34,385 bases of DNA from Octopus bimaculoides (taxonomy: Eukaryota). The notes beneath the pieces were generated by a model that did no database searches, was not told the origin of the DNA, and saw only the letters and a list, made by a program, of their open reading frames with translations. A program made the translations under genes and the position numbers. Where the stretch lies: contig NC_068988.1 in assembly GCF_001194135.2 (NCBI RefSeq), positions 83,081,066-83,115,450 on the forward strand, written 5' to 3'. Below are positions 1 through 10,097 of the stretch, one piece after another (positions within the stretch are counted from its first letter, which is position 1; every line of letters begins with the position of its first letter).

Positions 1-764
1 TATATATATATGTGCGTATGTCTGTGCATATGTGTATATGTAAATATGTATGTATGTATGTATGTATGTGTGTGTGTGTGTATGTATGTATGCATAAATA
101 TAGATATGTGTGTAGCTTATGCATGCAAACATGCATGCATGTATGCTTTTTCTTATGTATGTAATTATGTATTCCTAGTTATTTATGAGAATGTAACGCA
201 GAACGCATGTATATGTCAGCATGCCTCTTTTTCTGCTCCCTACCCTATCTCTTTCTCTACCTCTGTCTGTCTACTTGCCTGCCTCTCTTCCTCCTTCTCT
301 CTCCACCCCCTCTCTCTCACTCTGACTTTTAAAACAGAAACATAGACACACATATACAAACTTTACATACACAAATATAAATACGCTAATGTGTATGTGT
401 GTATGTACATATGCATGTACCTCATTCACATAGATGTTTGGTTTGTTGCAGGAAAGCGTTATTCATTTATTCATAGATGAATTTTGCCAGAAGACATTAT
501 TCGTGGTATAATGTGTATGTGTGTGTGTGTGTACACACACACACACACACATATATAAAGCTTGTTTGGATTATTTCACTTTGAAAACGTCGTGATGGAC
601 TCTTGATGAAATTGCAGCAACTAGGATGCATAATTGCATACGGAGCAATGTGTAGTTGCTGCAATTGAAACATATGTTGGTCATTGTTATATATGCTGTA
701 GAAAACATTTTGAATAAAAAGTTCCGGATATGAACAAATTTCCACTTTCCTATTCGTTTTCAAT

Positions 765-812
<48 letters not shown>
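1..812. repeat. Mixed microsatellite-rich region: (TA)n, (TG)n, (TATG)n, (CA)n
   Basis: Direct reading; the ORFs at 10..345 and 497..763 are largely translations of these repeats. Confidence 0.9.
597..682 (+). ncRNA. Hammerhead ribozyme-like motif (type I, variant core), probably a Penelope-like pLTR remnant
   Basis: CTTGATGA 602-609; perfect 14-bp stem AATTGCAGCAACTA (610-623)/TAGTTGCTGCAATT (653-666); GAAAC 667-671; ATAT; GTT 676-678; stem I GACT/GGTC. Confidence 0.6.
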
Positions 813-1621
813 NNNNNNNNNNNNNNNNNNNNNNNNNNNNNNNNNNNNNNNNNNNNNNNNNNNNNNNNNNNNNNNNNNNNNNNNNNNNNNNNNNNNNNNN
901 NNNNNNNNNNNNNNNNNNNNNNNNNNNNNNNNNNNNNNNNNNNNNNNNNNNNNNNNNNNNNNNNNNNNNNNNNNNNNNNNNNNNNNNNNNNNNNNNNNNN
1001 NNNNNNNNNNNNNNNNNNNNNNNNNNNNNNNNNNNNNNNNNNNNNNNNNNNNNNNNNNNNNNNNNNNNNNNNNNNNNNNNNNNNNNNNNNNNNNNNNNNN
1101 NNNNNNNNNNNNNNNNNNNNNNNNNNNNNNNNNNNNNNNNNNNNNNNNNNNNNNNNNNNNNNNNNNNNNNNNNNNNNNNNNNNNNNNNNNNNNNNNNNNN
1201 NNNNNNNNNNNNNNNNNNNNNNNNNNNNNNNNNNNNNNNNNNNNNNNNNNNNNNNNNNNNNNNNNNNNNNNNNNNNNNNNNNNNNNNNNNNNNNNNNNNN
1301 NNNNNNNNNNNNNNNNNNNNNNNNNNNNNNNNNNNNNNNNNNNNNNNNNNNNNNNNNNNNNNNNNNNNNNNNNNNNNNNNNNNNNNNNNNNNNNNNNNNN
1401 NNNNNNNNNNNNNNNNNNNNNNNNNNNNNNNNNNNNNNNNNNNNNNNNNNNNNNNNNNNNNNNNNNNNNNNNNNNNNNNNNNNNNNNNNNNNNNNNNNNN
1501 NNNNNNNNNNNNNNNNNNNNNNNNNNNNNNNNNNNNNNNNNNNNNNNNNNNNNNNNNNNNNNNNNNNNNNNNNNNNNNNNNNNNNNNNNNNNNNNNNNNN
1601 NNNNNNNNNNNNNNNNNNNNN
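813..1621. other. Assembly gap (N run)
   Basis: N bases. Other gaps: 12917-13721, 15662-15671, 22220-22761, 27713-27722, 29776-29785, 31036-31045, 34057-34270. Confidence 1.
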
Positions 1622-1944
1622 AGTAAGATAAGATAAAATAAAAGTATACAGGCATATACAAGGACATAAACTTCAGAAATATCATGAATGTTTAAAATAT
1701 TTATTTAAAAATATTTATAAACATGCATAGTTTCCAAGTTGTATAAAAATATTTAACAATTTAAGACAATATATTACGATATATAAACGTTCAGTATGAG
1801 TTAACATATAGTGGGTAAATATATACGATATGATATTACAAAATTTATATGTATTATATTAAAAATATGTACATTACAAAAGGATATGTATATATACTAT
1901 ATAAAAAAAAGACCTGTACAATACAGAGGCAATGTTAAAAGTTT

Positions 1945-2035
1945 CCATCTACGGGCCGTTTCTGAGATGTGTCTATTAATATGGTATAGTACTCATATTA
2001 GAAATAATTAGACACTCCCTTCATAAGGGTGTTCA
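1945..2035 (-). ncRNA. Degenerate hammerhead-like motif
   Basis: Minus strand reads CTTATGA...GTGTCTA/TAGACAC stem with inner AATATG/CATATT stem...GAAAC GGCCC GTA. The core has a G>T change and stem I pairs poorly. Confidence 0.4.
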
Positions 2036-2122
2036 TTGTCACACAAATAGAGGAAAGAATAAAAATATAAAAATGTTACAGTGACATAATACAATATGTT
2101 AAGACATAGGATTACATACATG

Positions 2123-2255
2123 TTGGTGATCAATACAAGCCGCAGAGTATAAATATGGTACGTATTTTTAGAGTAGGTTATACTATGTAACTGGTACTTC
2201 ATTTTAGAGTCTGTCGCAGGAATGTTAGCAGACTCCCCAACTCACTGCCTAGGAA
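2123..2255. repeat. 133-bp direct repeat, copy 1 (copy 2 at 4574-4706)
   Basis: Two mismatches in 133 bp; both copies are preceded by TGT; contains a GAGTCTG/CAGACTC hairpin. Confidence 0.9.
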
Positions 2256-2330
2256 ACTTTTGACGGAACACCAGTGACCGACAAGAACTCTCCCAGACAG
2301 AAACCCAGCTGACTAAAGATCCTAAACCCC

Positions 2331-2379
2331 AACAAAAGAATCTGACGAGTTTCTAACGAAATATATACGGTTTTTTGTT
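2331..2379 (+). ncRNA. Minimal hammerhead-like motif
   Basis: CTGACGA 2342-2348; stem II GTT/AAC; GAAA 2358-2361; TATA-TA (palindromic ATATAT helix III); flanks AACAAAAGAAT / GGTTTTTTGTT mostly complementary. Confidence 0.5.
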
Positions 2380-2409
2380 AGCGAGTGTGAGCAGTTGTAG
2401 AGAGGGGCA

Positions 2410-2825
2410 TTTATAGTGATAATGGCTTTTATACTGTTAATGTATGTTGTGAGAATGACTTTTATAGCACGAATGGTTTTCGTAGGAATGGATTTTAATG
2501 TGAGAATGTCTTTTATTGGGGAAATAACATTTATTGTGGGGGTGGCCTTTAATGTGGGAGTATCTTTTATTATGGAAATGGTATTTAAAGTGATAATGGC
2601 TTTTATTGTGAGAATGCTTTTAATGTGGGAATGGTATTTATTGTGGGAGTGGTTTTTATTATAGGGATGATGACTTGGATGGTGATAATGCTTTTGTCGT
2701 GCTAAAGGATTTTATTGTGAGAATAGTTTTTAATATGGACATTGCATTTATAATGATTATGGCTTATATCATGGGAATGATTTTTATTATGGGAATGCCG
2801 TTTATAGTGTTAATGGCTTTTATTT
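2410..2825. repeat. Degenerate 18-bp minisatellite, unit about AATGGCTTTTATTGTGAG
   Basis: Recurrent unit visible; ORF 2416..2664 shows the matching 6-aa periodicity (MAFIVR-like). Confidence 0.8.
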
Positions 2826-2911
2826 CACTGGTTTTCCATCACCAATAGGTTCTGCACGGACTCAGTAGCCAAACACTTTACCCTCAAACAAATTACCAAA
2901 TCTTTTAATCA

Positions 2912-2914
<3 letters not shown>

Positions 2915-2956
<42 letters not shown>

Positions 2957-2964
2957 TGTGTGTG
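2915..2964. repeat. (TG)n microsatellite
   Basis: Direct reading. Confidence 0.95.
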
Positions 2965-4573
2965 AATGTTGTAATCAGTGATAACGCAACACAGTATTCC
3001 AATTATCGGTGGAAGAGCAACGAATAACAACACGGAAAATATACGGGGAAGCCAATTCTCCGAGGTTTTTAACGAAAGATGAGACTAAATACTAGCAATA
3101 AGATACAGTAGAATAGAGACGTCAAAAATAATAATCTTTCATATTAAACCGTTTTTACATGCTATAAACAGGAGGCTTCTGTATGGTTGCCCGACATGCT
3201 AAGGATAACAACTAAATTTCCCTTAAATCAAACCATACTGCCTTATAAAAATCACACATTTGGTAATGTGGTTTTGGGTCCATTGCCTGAAAATAACATG
3301 GTGATTGTCAGGCTGGAACGCTTTGACTAAAAGTCTGTATCGTCAGAACTGACCCGAGTTAACCAAAGTACAACAATGTCAGTTACATTCGGCTTGGCGT
3401 TTCCAAAGTTTTACTGTTTTTTTCATACAAAACAAATCTATTTGTCTTCAAAATATAACACATTCTGTATGTTTGCAATGTTGTTGAATTAGTTATTTCA
3501 CACTTTCCAATAGACTACTCGAACTGAAAGTTTAATTATTATTCATCGGGTAGTTTCCATTGGAGACCCTAGGGAATGGGGAAAACGAAAGGGATTTTGT
3601 AATGATGCTTGTAAGTTATTCAAATATATTCCAGTATTTTTCTGTGTATGTGAATGTGTGTGCGTGCGCGCGCGCGAGTGTGTGGGTGTGTGTATGTGTG
3701 CGCGTATGTGTAAGTATCTGTGTTTGTGTATGTTTAAATGTATTAGACGTAAATTAGAGGAATGTTAGTGACATTTCTATTTTAGCTTTCCGTTATATGT
3801 ACATGAACCAGTTTAGTGTCAACGTGCTACATCACTTTTGTTCTGACACAGCATATTGTTCAGTATCGCTTTAAAACACATGTCATACTCTAACTTAGTA
3901 ATGAGGGTAGGGTTATCTGTATTTGGTCCAAGTTAAACGTAACATGAATATTAAAACATAATCTCTGGGGTATTGACGTTAGCCTTTCGATTGATCGATC
4001 TCTCTATTTTTGCCAGCTATATTTTATAAAAATCTGTCAGTTTTTTGTTATATATATTTTACATTTTGTATACTTCTGTATACTTAGAAAATGGAAAATA
4101 AATGTCATTTTTCATTCACCAAGTCCTCTCCTCCCGTTCTCCTTTTCGTCAACATTGAAAGTCTCTGAGGTAATGGACATTTCAATGCAATACATTTTTG
4201 TCGCATCTTCGTTCTACATACAACAATTAATGATAAAAATTCTCTCTCTTTAATTTTTCTTATAGTGTCGATATTTACTTACAAGCATTAATTTCTAGAC
4301 ACGTAAGAACAGGATCTACAAATACTTTCTTAATTTATTTCTTGTTTAATCATTCATTCTCTTTAACAACTTATGGTTTCCTCGTTATAATTCTTTTGAG
4401 AATAATAAATGAGTAAACTCTCGAGACCCGGCCAATATACGATGACATTGATTTCTGATGTTATTTGCATATCATAACACGAAGTACAAGAGTGACTAAT
4501 TACAGGTCTTTGATTCAAAAGTTCTGCTCAGTTTAAAAAAAAAAAGAAACTTAAACCAGAAGCTGGGATATGT

Positions 4574-4706
4574 TTGGTGACCAATACAAGCCGCAGAGTA
4601 TAAATATGGTACGTATTTTTAGAGTAGGTTATACTCTGTAACTGGTACTTCATTTTAGAGTCTGTCGCAGGAATGTTAGCAGACTCCCCAACTCACTGCC
4701 TAGGAA
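4574..4706. repeat. 133-bp direct repeat, copy 2
   Basis: Matches 2123-2255 except GAT/GAC and CTATG/CTCTG. Confidence 0.9.
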
Positions 4707-4729
4707 GTGAACCCGAAATCACTGTGTTC

Positions 4730-5040
4730 AGACATTAAAGTAATTGTCAAGACCAAAACAGGATTCTGTCAGGGGCTAATGACGTTAGCAAGCAACTAGC
4801 TATTCAGGTCCCTGATTAACACATTAAGATCTTGTTTTTATCAGTAGCTGGACTGACCGTCGAAACACAATAGACTCAGCCGACGTTGTAAACAATCTAA
4901 CCATTTTGAAGTATCATGAACGACTTTGTCTTTCACACTTTCTTTTTGACCGACAACTGAGTATAGATAGATGGTTTTTCTAGGAACTTATAACACTTAA
5001 TTCGGCTCCGGAATTCAACGACTGCAGCAATCCACTATCA
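4730..5040 (-). pseudogene. Retropepsin (LTR-retrotransposon aspartic protease) remnant
   Basis: Removing one extra A at about 5013 gives IAAVVDSGAELSVIS (4986-5031), the hydrophobic-D-S-G-A-x-x-S-V-I pattern; downstream LAPDRILFW weakly resembles the ILGxD motif. Confidence 0.5.
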
Positions 5041-5550
5041 TTGCTGTCACACACCAACTGACTCATTTGGAGTATATATTTCTTTTCTGTCGTCATTGCA
5101 ACGAAAACTTTCATTTATTTGTTTTCTAATTAACAGATATTTTTATTCAAATATAAATTAGAAGCAGCTCGTAGTATTTAAACATACACAAAGTAATGTG
5201 TGTTGTCGGTTTGTGGGTCAGCTACGAGTTTTAGGTGTGAGAGAATATATTGTCTATGCTGCACCTGGTGTAAAAAAGAAGAAAAACACCTCAAAGTAAG
5301 TCACAGTCAAGCGATACAACTCACATCGGGTCCTTTCTCGGAGACATCGATGTTTGTCGCTATATTCTGTTATTTTACTTTTACTGAGTCCAATTTTTGG
5401 ACTGTGGCCATGATGGAGCATCGACTACAAGTGCTTTAGGCAATTATATTTGTATGCTACTTATTAACTCGTCTGCGGAATGCAAAGTGGCCATTGATAT
5501 AAAAGGAAAACATTAATATTGTATGCGTGAAAATAACTACCGAGTGCATC

Positions 5551-5854
5551 GAACTGAGATATTGCATCAACATTTGCCAAAATCTTAGTGAAATTCAAAC
5601 TGAAACCATTCAGAAGTTTCAGTAGGCCTTTGTCAATGATGACATGGGAAAACTCAGATCAAGGAGTGACACAGCCACTTCAAACATGGCTGCACTTTAG
5701 TGGAGATGGTGGCATGCTCAGGCAAGCCATCTGCAGACTGAGACGAGGAACCGATTGAGAAGGATCAGCAAATAGTTATGGAAGACCGTTATGTAACAAT
5801 CCAGGAAATTTCTCACTAAGTGAGAATAAGCACGGTATTAGTGCATTCCATTCT
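5551..5854 (+). mobile_element. Mariner transposase N-terminal (HTH) fragment, decayed
   Basis: With frameshifts reads ELRYCINICQNL..ETIQKFQ*AF..TQIKE*..FKHG..SGKPS..IEK..QIVMEDRYVTIQEISH*VRIST..VHSIL, the typical mariner N-terminus; truncated by the adjacent LINE. Confidence 0.75.
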
Positions 5855-5855
5855 A

Positions 5856-7632
5856 GCCTGGCCCACCACACAACTTCTTTCGCTTGGGCCACCAGACAAA
5901 GAAATAGTGCCTGTTCTTCTCGACCGAGGGAAGGAAATGAGGCGACCTTCACAATGGACTCAGTGATTTCTGAAAGTTATCTATGGGCCCCGGCCCGAAA
6001 GTCCTTCAGAACTGACCAGCCAACGCATTCTCATCGTCGCACAGAATCTCCCCAAGAACGTCATCGCACCTGCCCGCCACTAACCCTCAATAGAACACCT
6101 GAGTGAAATTTCAACCGACCGCATTGCCCGAGTGACAGAGGACTGTGAGTGCTTGACGACACCCTAGGTGCCAGGTGCCGGGTACCCTGCCTCGGTCTAC
6201 GCTTGATCCAGGACTACAGCTCAGACAAAGAGATGAGCTGTGAGAAACTGTTTGACAAACAGTGACTACACCTGCTCACTGTCTAGGAAGTACTGGAAAT
6301 GTCGCAGCCTCAGCATATGTCTGCGCATCAGCAGTCACAGGATGCCCAGCCCTCCATTCAGCAGGTGTTGACAGCGAATGGAGCACCTGATAAGTGGAAC
6401 GCGCCCCTTATCACAGAAAGCGGAAAAGTACGCGTTGCAGTTTGGTCAGACGTGAACTAGAGCAAGGCACGATGGTCAGGTGATAATATATGACGGAGGT
6501 AATGTATGCATTCGCCACTTTTGCCCGACCTTTTAGGGATAGCTTTCTCTCGACCTATTTCTGGATGAGATTGGCCACCTTGTTCGTCAACTCGTCCAAG
6601 TTCTTCACCTGGAGATTTAGACCAAACCAGCCCCCCGAACAATTTAACTGGTCCTTCCGTCCAGCGCCCCATGACGTTATTGGACAGTATGAATCTGCTT
6701 CTCCAGGTGCCAAGCTGCAAGCCCACTGACTTTACTTGGTTAATTTTTGTTCCTGTCATCGCCTTGTTTTCTTTTAGAGCAGTGCCGACCAGGTCTATGG
6801 ACCTGCTATTCGACACCATGACGGTGACGTTGTCTACGTATGCTGACACGGTTCCCGCACGCCCTAATTCATGCGGCATATCTCTCAACACCTCCAATTT
6901 CCGCAGTAATGGCCCAAGAGCCAGTACATACAGAAGAGACGAGAGGGGACACTGTCGATGGACCGAATGCATGATGCTAAATGGTTCCGATAGGTAATCA
7001 TTTACCCGAACTACCGAGCAAATGTCGCTCTACATAGCAGCGATCCAGCCACGGAAAACGGGACCGAAATTGGCCGCCGTGAGAACGGCCACCAGGTATT
7101 GCTGGTCGACCCTATCGAAAGCTTTAGATTGATCCAAATTGATTACGGCTCTACACATGCCAATATCCTTACTCACCCTGTCTATGATGTATCGTATGAA
7201 GTGAAGTGGAAGTTGTCGTGGATGGATCTGCTTGGGATTAGACATGTTTGTGCCTCACCAACCAGTTCCTCGACGACGAGCGTCAACTTCTTCGCTAACA
7301 CCTTAGCCAAAATGCTAAAGTCTGCCTTCAGCAGCGTTATGGTCCTAAAGTTTCTATTTAATTTCCCCTTTTGGGGTCCTTTCTTAACAGTGCTACCACT
7401 CCTCGACTCATAGAATTGGGAATTCTCCCGTTCTGCTGCTAGTTGCAGTAGGATATCTGCCAAAAGTCCGCCCAGTTGCGGTAGATATCCGCCAAAAGAC
7501 ATACAGAAGCAAGCCTTATAAGGCAGACCATCCAAACCAGGCGATTTGTCCCCCGTGTAACTCGTCATCGCATACCGTATTTCCGCAGTTGTTATCGGTG
7601 TTTCGCAACACTCTGCTGCAGTTTCCAACAGT
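5856..7632 (-). mobile_element. L1/Tx1-clade non-LTR retrotransposon, ORF2 RT region, decayed
   Basis: ORFs 7182..7628 (KSPGLDGLP, FRTITLL..DFSILAKVLA), 7030..7245 (LDQSKAFDRV), 6457..6972 (PLSSLLYVLAL, AYVDNVTV). Confidence 0.9.
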
Positions 7633-7726
7633 CGTGGAATAATAATAATAATAATAATAGTGATGATGGACTCTCCCGTCGAAGAGTGTTCAGCTTATGC
7701 CGAATCAGATGCACAAATGATTTTTT

Positions 7727-7912
7727 TTATAGTGATCAAATGTATGTGTCGTACATTATTAGCTCACTCCCTCCATCTGCCTGAACAGGCGTGAGGTGCA
7801 CACGTCAGGTGACGAAGTGATCGCAGTGTTTTGCTGAAGAACGCAATGCACCGCTCGGTCTAGGGCTTGAGACCACGATCTCGCGATCGTGAGCGCAACA
7901 CCCTAACCACTA
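7727..7912 (-). mobile_element. tRNA-derived SINE, 5' part
   Basis: Minus strand TAGTGGTTAGGGTG.. A-box-like head, then TGCATTGCGTTCTTCAGCAAAACAC post-tRNA block. Confidence 0.6.
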
Positions 7913-7919
7913 ATCATAA

Positions 7920-8261
7920 TAAAACCAGGCATGATCGAATTGGCCAATACTTTCAGTAGAGAGTATGCCGTCACTATGATATCCCACACCCTAAGAACTG
8001 GTATGAATACCATCCAGAGCCAATCACTAACGGAGAGAATTACCAGCCTATAGGATTATAGGATACATACAGATAGGCAAATAAATATTAATGATCAGAA
8101 GTCATCATCAAAGACCTAAGACAAAAAAGGCTTGTTAATTGATATGACAGTGCCTACTGATAGAAACATAGCAGCAAAAGAATTTGAAAAACTATCAAAA
8201 CATAAGGACCTTGAGACTGAAATATCTAGGACATGGCAATTAAAAAAAAACAAAACCATCC
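7920..8261 (+). mobile_element. R4/Dong-type RLE LINE 3' region, left half (continues at 9882-10023)
   Basis: RHDRIGQY..WYEYHPEP..LIDMTVPTDRNIAAKEFEKLSKHKDLETEISRTWQLK; joining to 9882 restores ..KTIPVVVGVLEMIKKG. Confidence 0.85.
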
Positions 8262-9881
8262 CACATTGTTCCCAGAGTGGGAATTTATTTTTTTGGAAGA
8301 TCTTTAAAATGCATATTTTCTTATTTCTTTACTGCCCACAAGAGGCTAAACACAGAGGGGACAAACAAGGACAGACGAAGAAATTAAGTCGATTACATCG
8401 ACCCCAGTGCGTAACTGGTACTTAATTTATCGACCCCGAAAGGATGAAAGGCAAAGTCGACCTCGGCGGAATTTGAACTCAGAACGTAACGGCAGACGAA
8501 ATACCTCTAAGCATTTCGCCCGGTGTGGTAACGTTTCTGCCAGCTCGCCGCCTTAAATGCATATTTTCTGGTTCTCTAAACTCAAGAAATTACAAAGAAA
8601 AAGGCCTGAGTTTAAAATAATGTATAGTTCAATTTTTAAAGCTCTTTAAATTTGGCCAATTCAACGAAATTTACATTTTTTTTAGTATTATAAGATTGAA
8701 CATATTTTCTTTCACAAAAAAGATTTTAAACTTCCGTTTGAACTTATTTAGAAGCATTTTTTATTGTCTCTCAGTCAAGCTACATCCTAGAGTGCATAGG
8801 CCAACATAAATTTGAGAAATTTAAGAAAATAAGAAAAGCATGAAATATATTTGGTAAAACCCCCTCAAACTTGATAATTTTTTTAAAAATGACAAATTTT
8901 AACATATTAAGGGCTAACATATTTGACATCCTCAGCGTTTTATGTAAACTGTGGGAAAAAAATCAGTTCAGAGGGGTTAAAACGCCACACAGAAAGTATA
9001 ATTCCAATTTGGGTACCAAACATCAAAGCAAACCAAAATTGGATAAAATCGGTAATTATTGACCCCCAAAGTGATTAAATAAGTATAAAAACAGGAAACA
9101 TAAAATGGACTCCAAACCTGATAAATTTCTTGAAATAATTGATCTTAAATGCACTTTTATTGGTATTTAGCCTACTTTATGGGATAAAAATCGGATTAGG
9201 AAGGTCAGATTCCACCTTGGAGGATTTTACCGTGCTTACGCCGAAATTGAAGAAGGGCCAAAACACGAGATAACAAAAAGAAAATCCCTGGATTGAAACT
9301 TCCCTATAGTTTCCCCCCGCCAAAGAAAAAATACAATGAAAACCACCCACCCACCCCACCTATGATTCACAAAGAAAATCAGAATCATTTGCATTAAATT
9401 GTGAAAACTGATCACAACAAATATTGAAACAACAATGCTAAACAATAAATATGAGTAATATAGACCAGTCGGTAACATAGTGATTCGATTTTTGATTGCT
9501 CTTCTGTCAAAGCAGACATCTTCTGTTTTGAAGAGCGAGCTGTGTGACCAACTTTACCACAAATAGAACAACTTAGGCTGGGAAGTTTCGAAGCAATTCC
9601 TGGATGCGACATGATGGACATTCTTCTGAAGATGTCATGGATATCATCTTGCAGATAATCATTTTTAGCCGCAATACACCAAAAAGGCAATTTTGGTCGA
9701 AATGCCCTGATTTGGTTATTTGAATTCAGATCCCCATAAACTAAGAAAAAACAAATAAGTTTGATTCCAGCTGATATCCCTTAAAATTGTGGTTCAAACG
9801 AGCCTTCAACCGCTATCAAGTGATAATTTTAACCCGAGATATGATTTTCTTCCCTGAAATAGCCAATCTGGGCACAATGTG
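8262..9881 (-). mobile_element. Transib/RAG1-like DNA transposon, internally deleted non-autonomous copy
   Basis: TIRs CACATTGTTCCCAGAGTGG (8262-) and CACATTGTGCCCAGATTGG (reverse complement ending 9881), 17/19 identical; TSD CATCC (8257-8261)/CATTC (9882-9886); excision restores the host LINE frame; minus-strand peptide AAKNDYLQDDIHDIFRRMSIMSHPGIASK..CSICGKVGHTARSS. Confidence 0.8.
8322..8554 (-). mobile_element. tRNA-derived SINE family A, full length, with 15-bp TSD
   Basis: Head AAGGCGGCGAGCTGGCAG..GAGTTCAAATTCC; core GCCTTTCATCCTTTCGGGGTCGATAAATTAAGTACCAG (resembles the MetaSINE core from memory); TSD AAATGCATATTTTCT at 8307-8321 and 8555-8569. Confidence 0.92.
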
Positions 9882-10023
9882 CATTCCTGTTGTTGTAGGT
9901 GTCCTGGAAATGATCAAGAAAGGTAATGACAGATTTTTTGACCAGATCTCTGTGGAACCAACAATCAAGAAATTGAGTTGACATCAACCGCCCACACTCG
10001 TAGGGAAGTTCCTCTCCATCTAA
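9882..10023 (+). mobile_element. R4/Dong-type LINE 3' end, right half
   Basis: IPVVVGVLEMIKKG..PTIKKL....GKFLSI*, typical RLE C-terminus. Confidence 0.8.
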
Positions 10024-10097
10024 TATATACGTGCTTTAGGTATCTGGTTGAGACTCGGTTGGAAGATGAAATGTTTTATTAACCACAAAGGTCTACA

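Noticed and set aside
3315-3355. Minus-strand CTGACGA..GACT/AGTC hairpin
   Set aside because: Followed by AAAG rather than GAAA and lacks stem I pairing.
9529-9570. Gag-type zinc knuckle interpretation of CSICGKVGH
   Set aside because: The enclosing TIRs, 5-bp TSD and upstream Transib-like helix favour a DNA transposase tail; no gag or LTR context.
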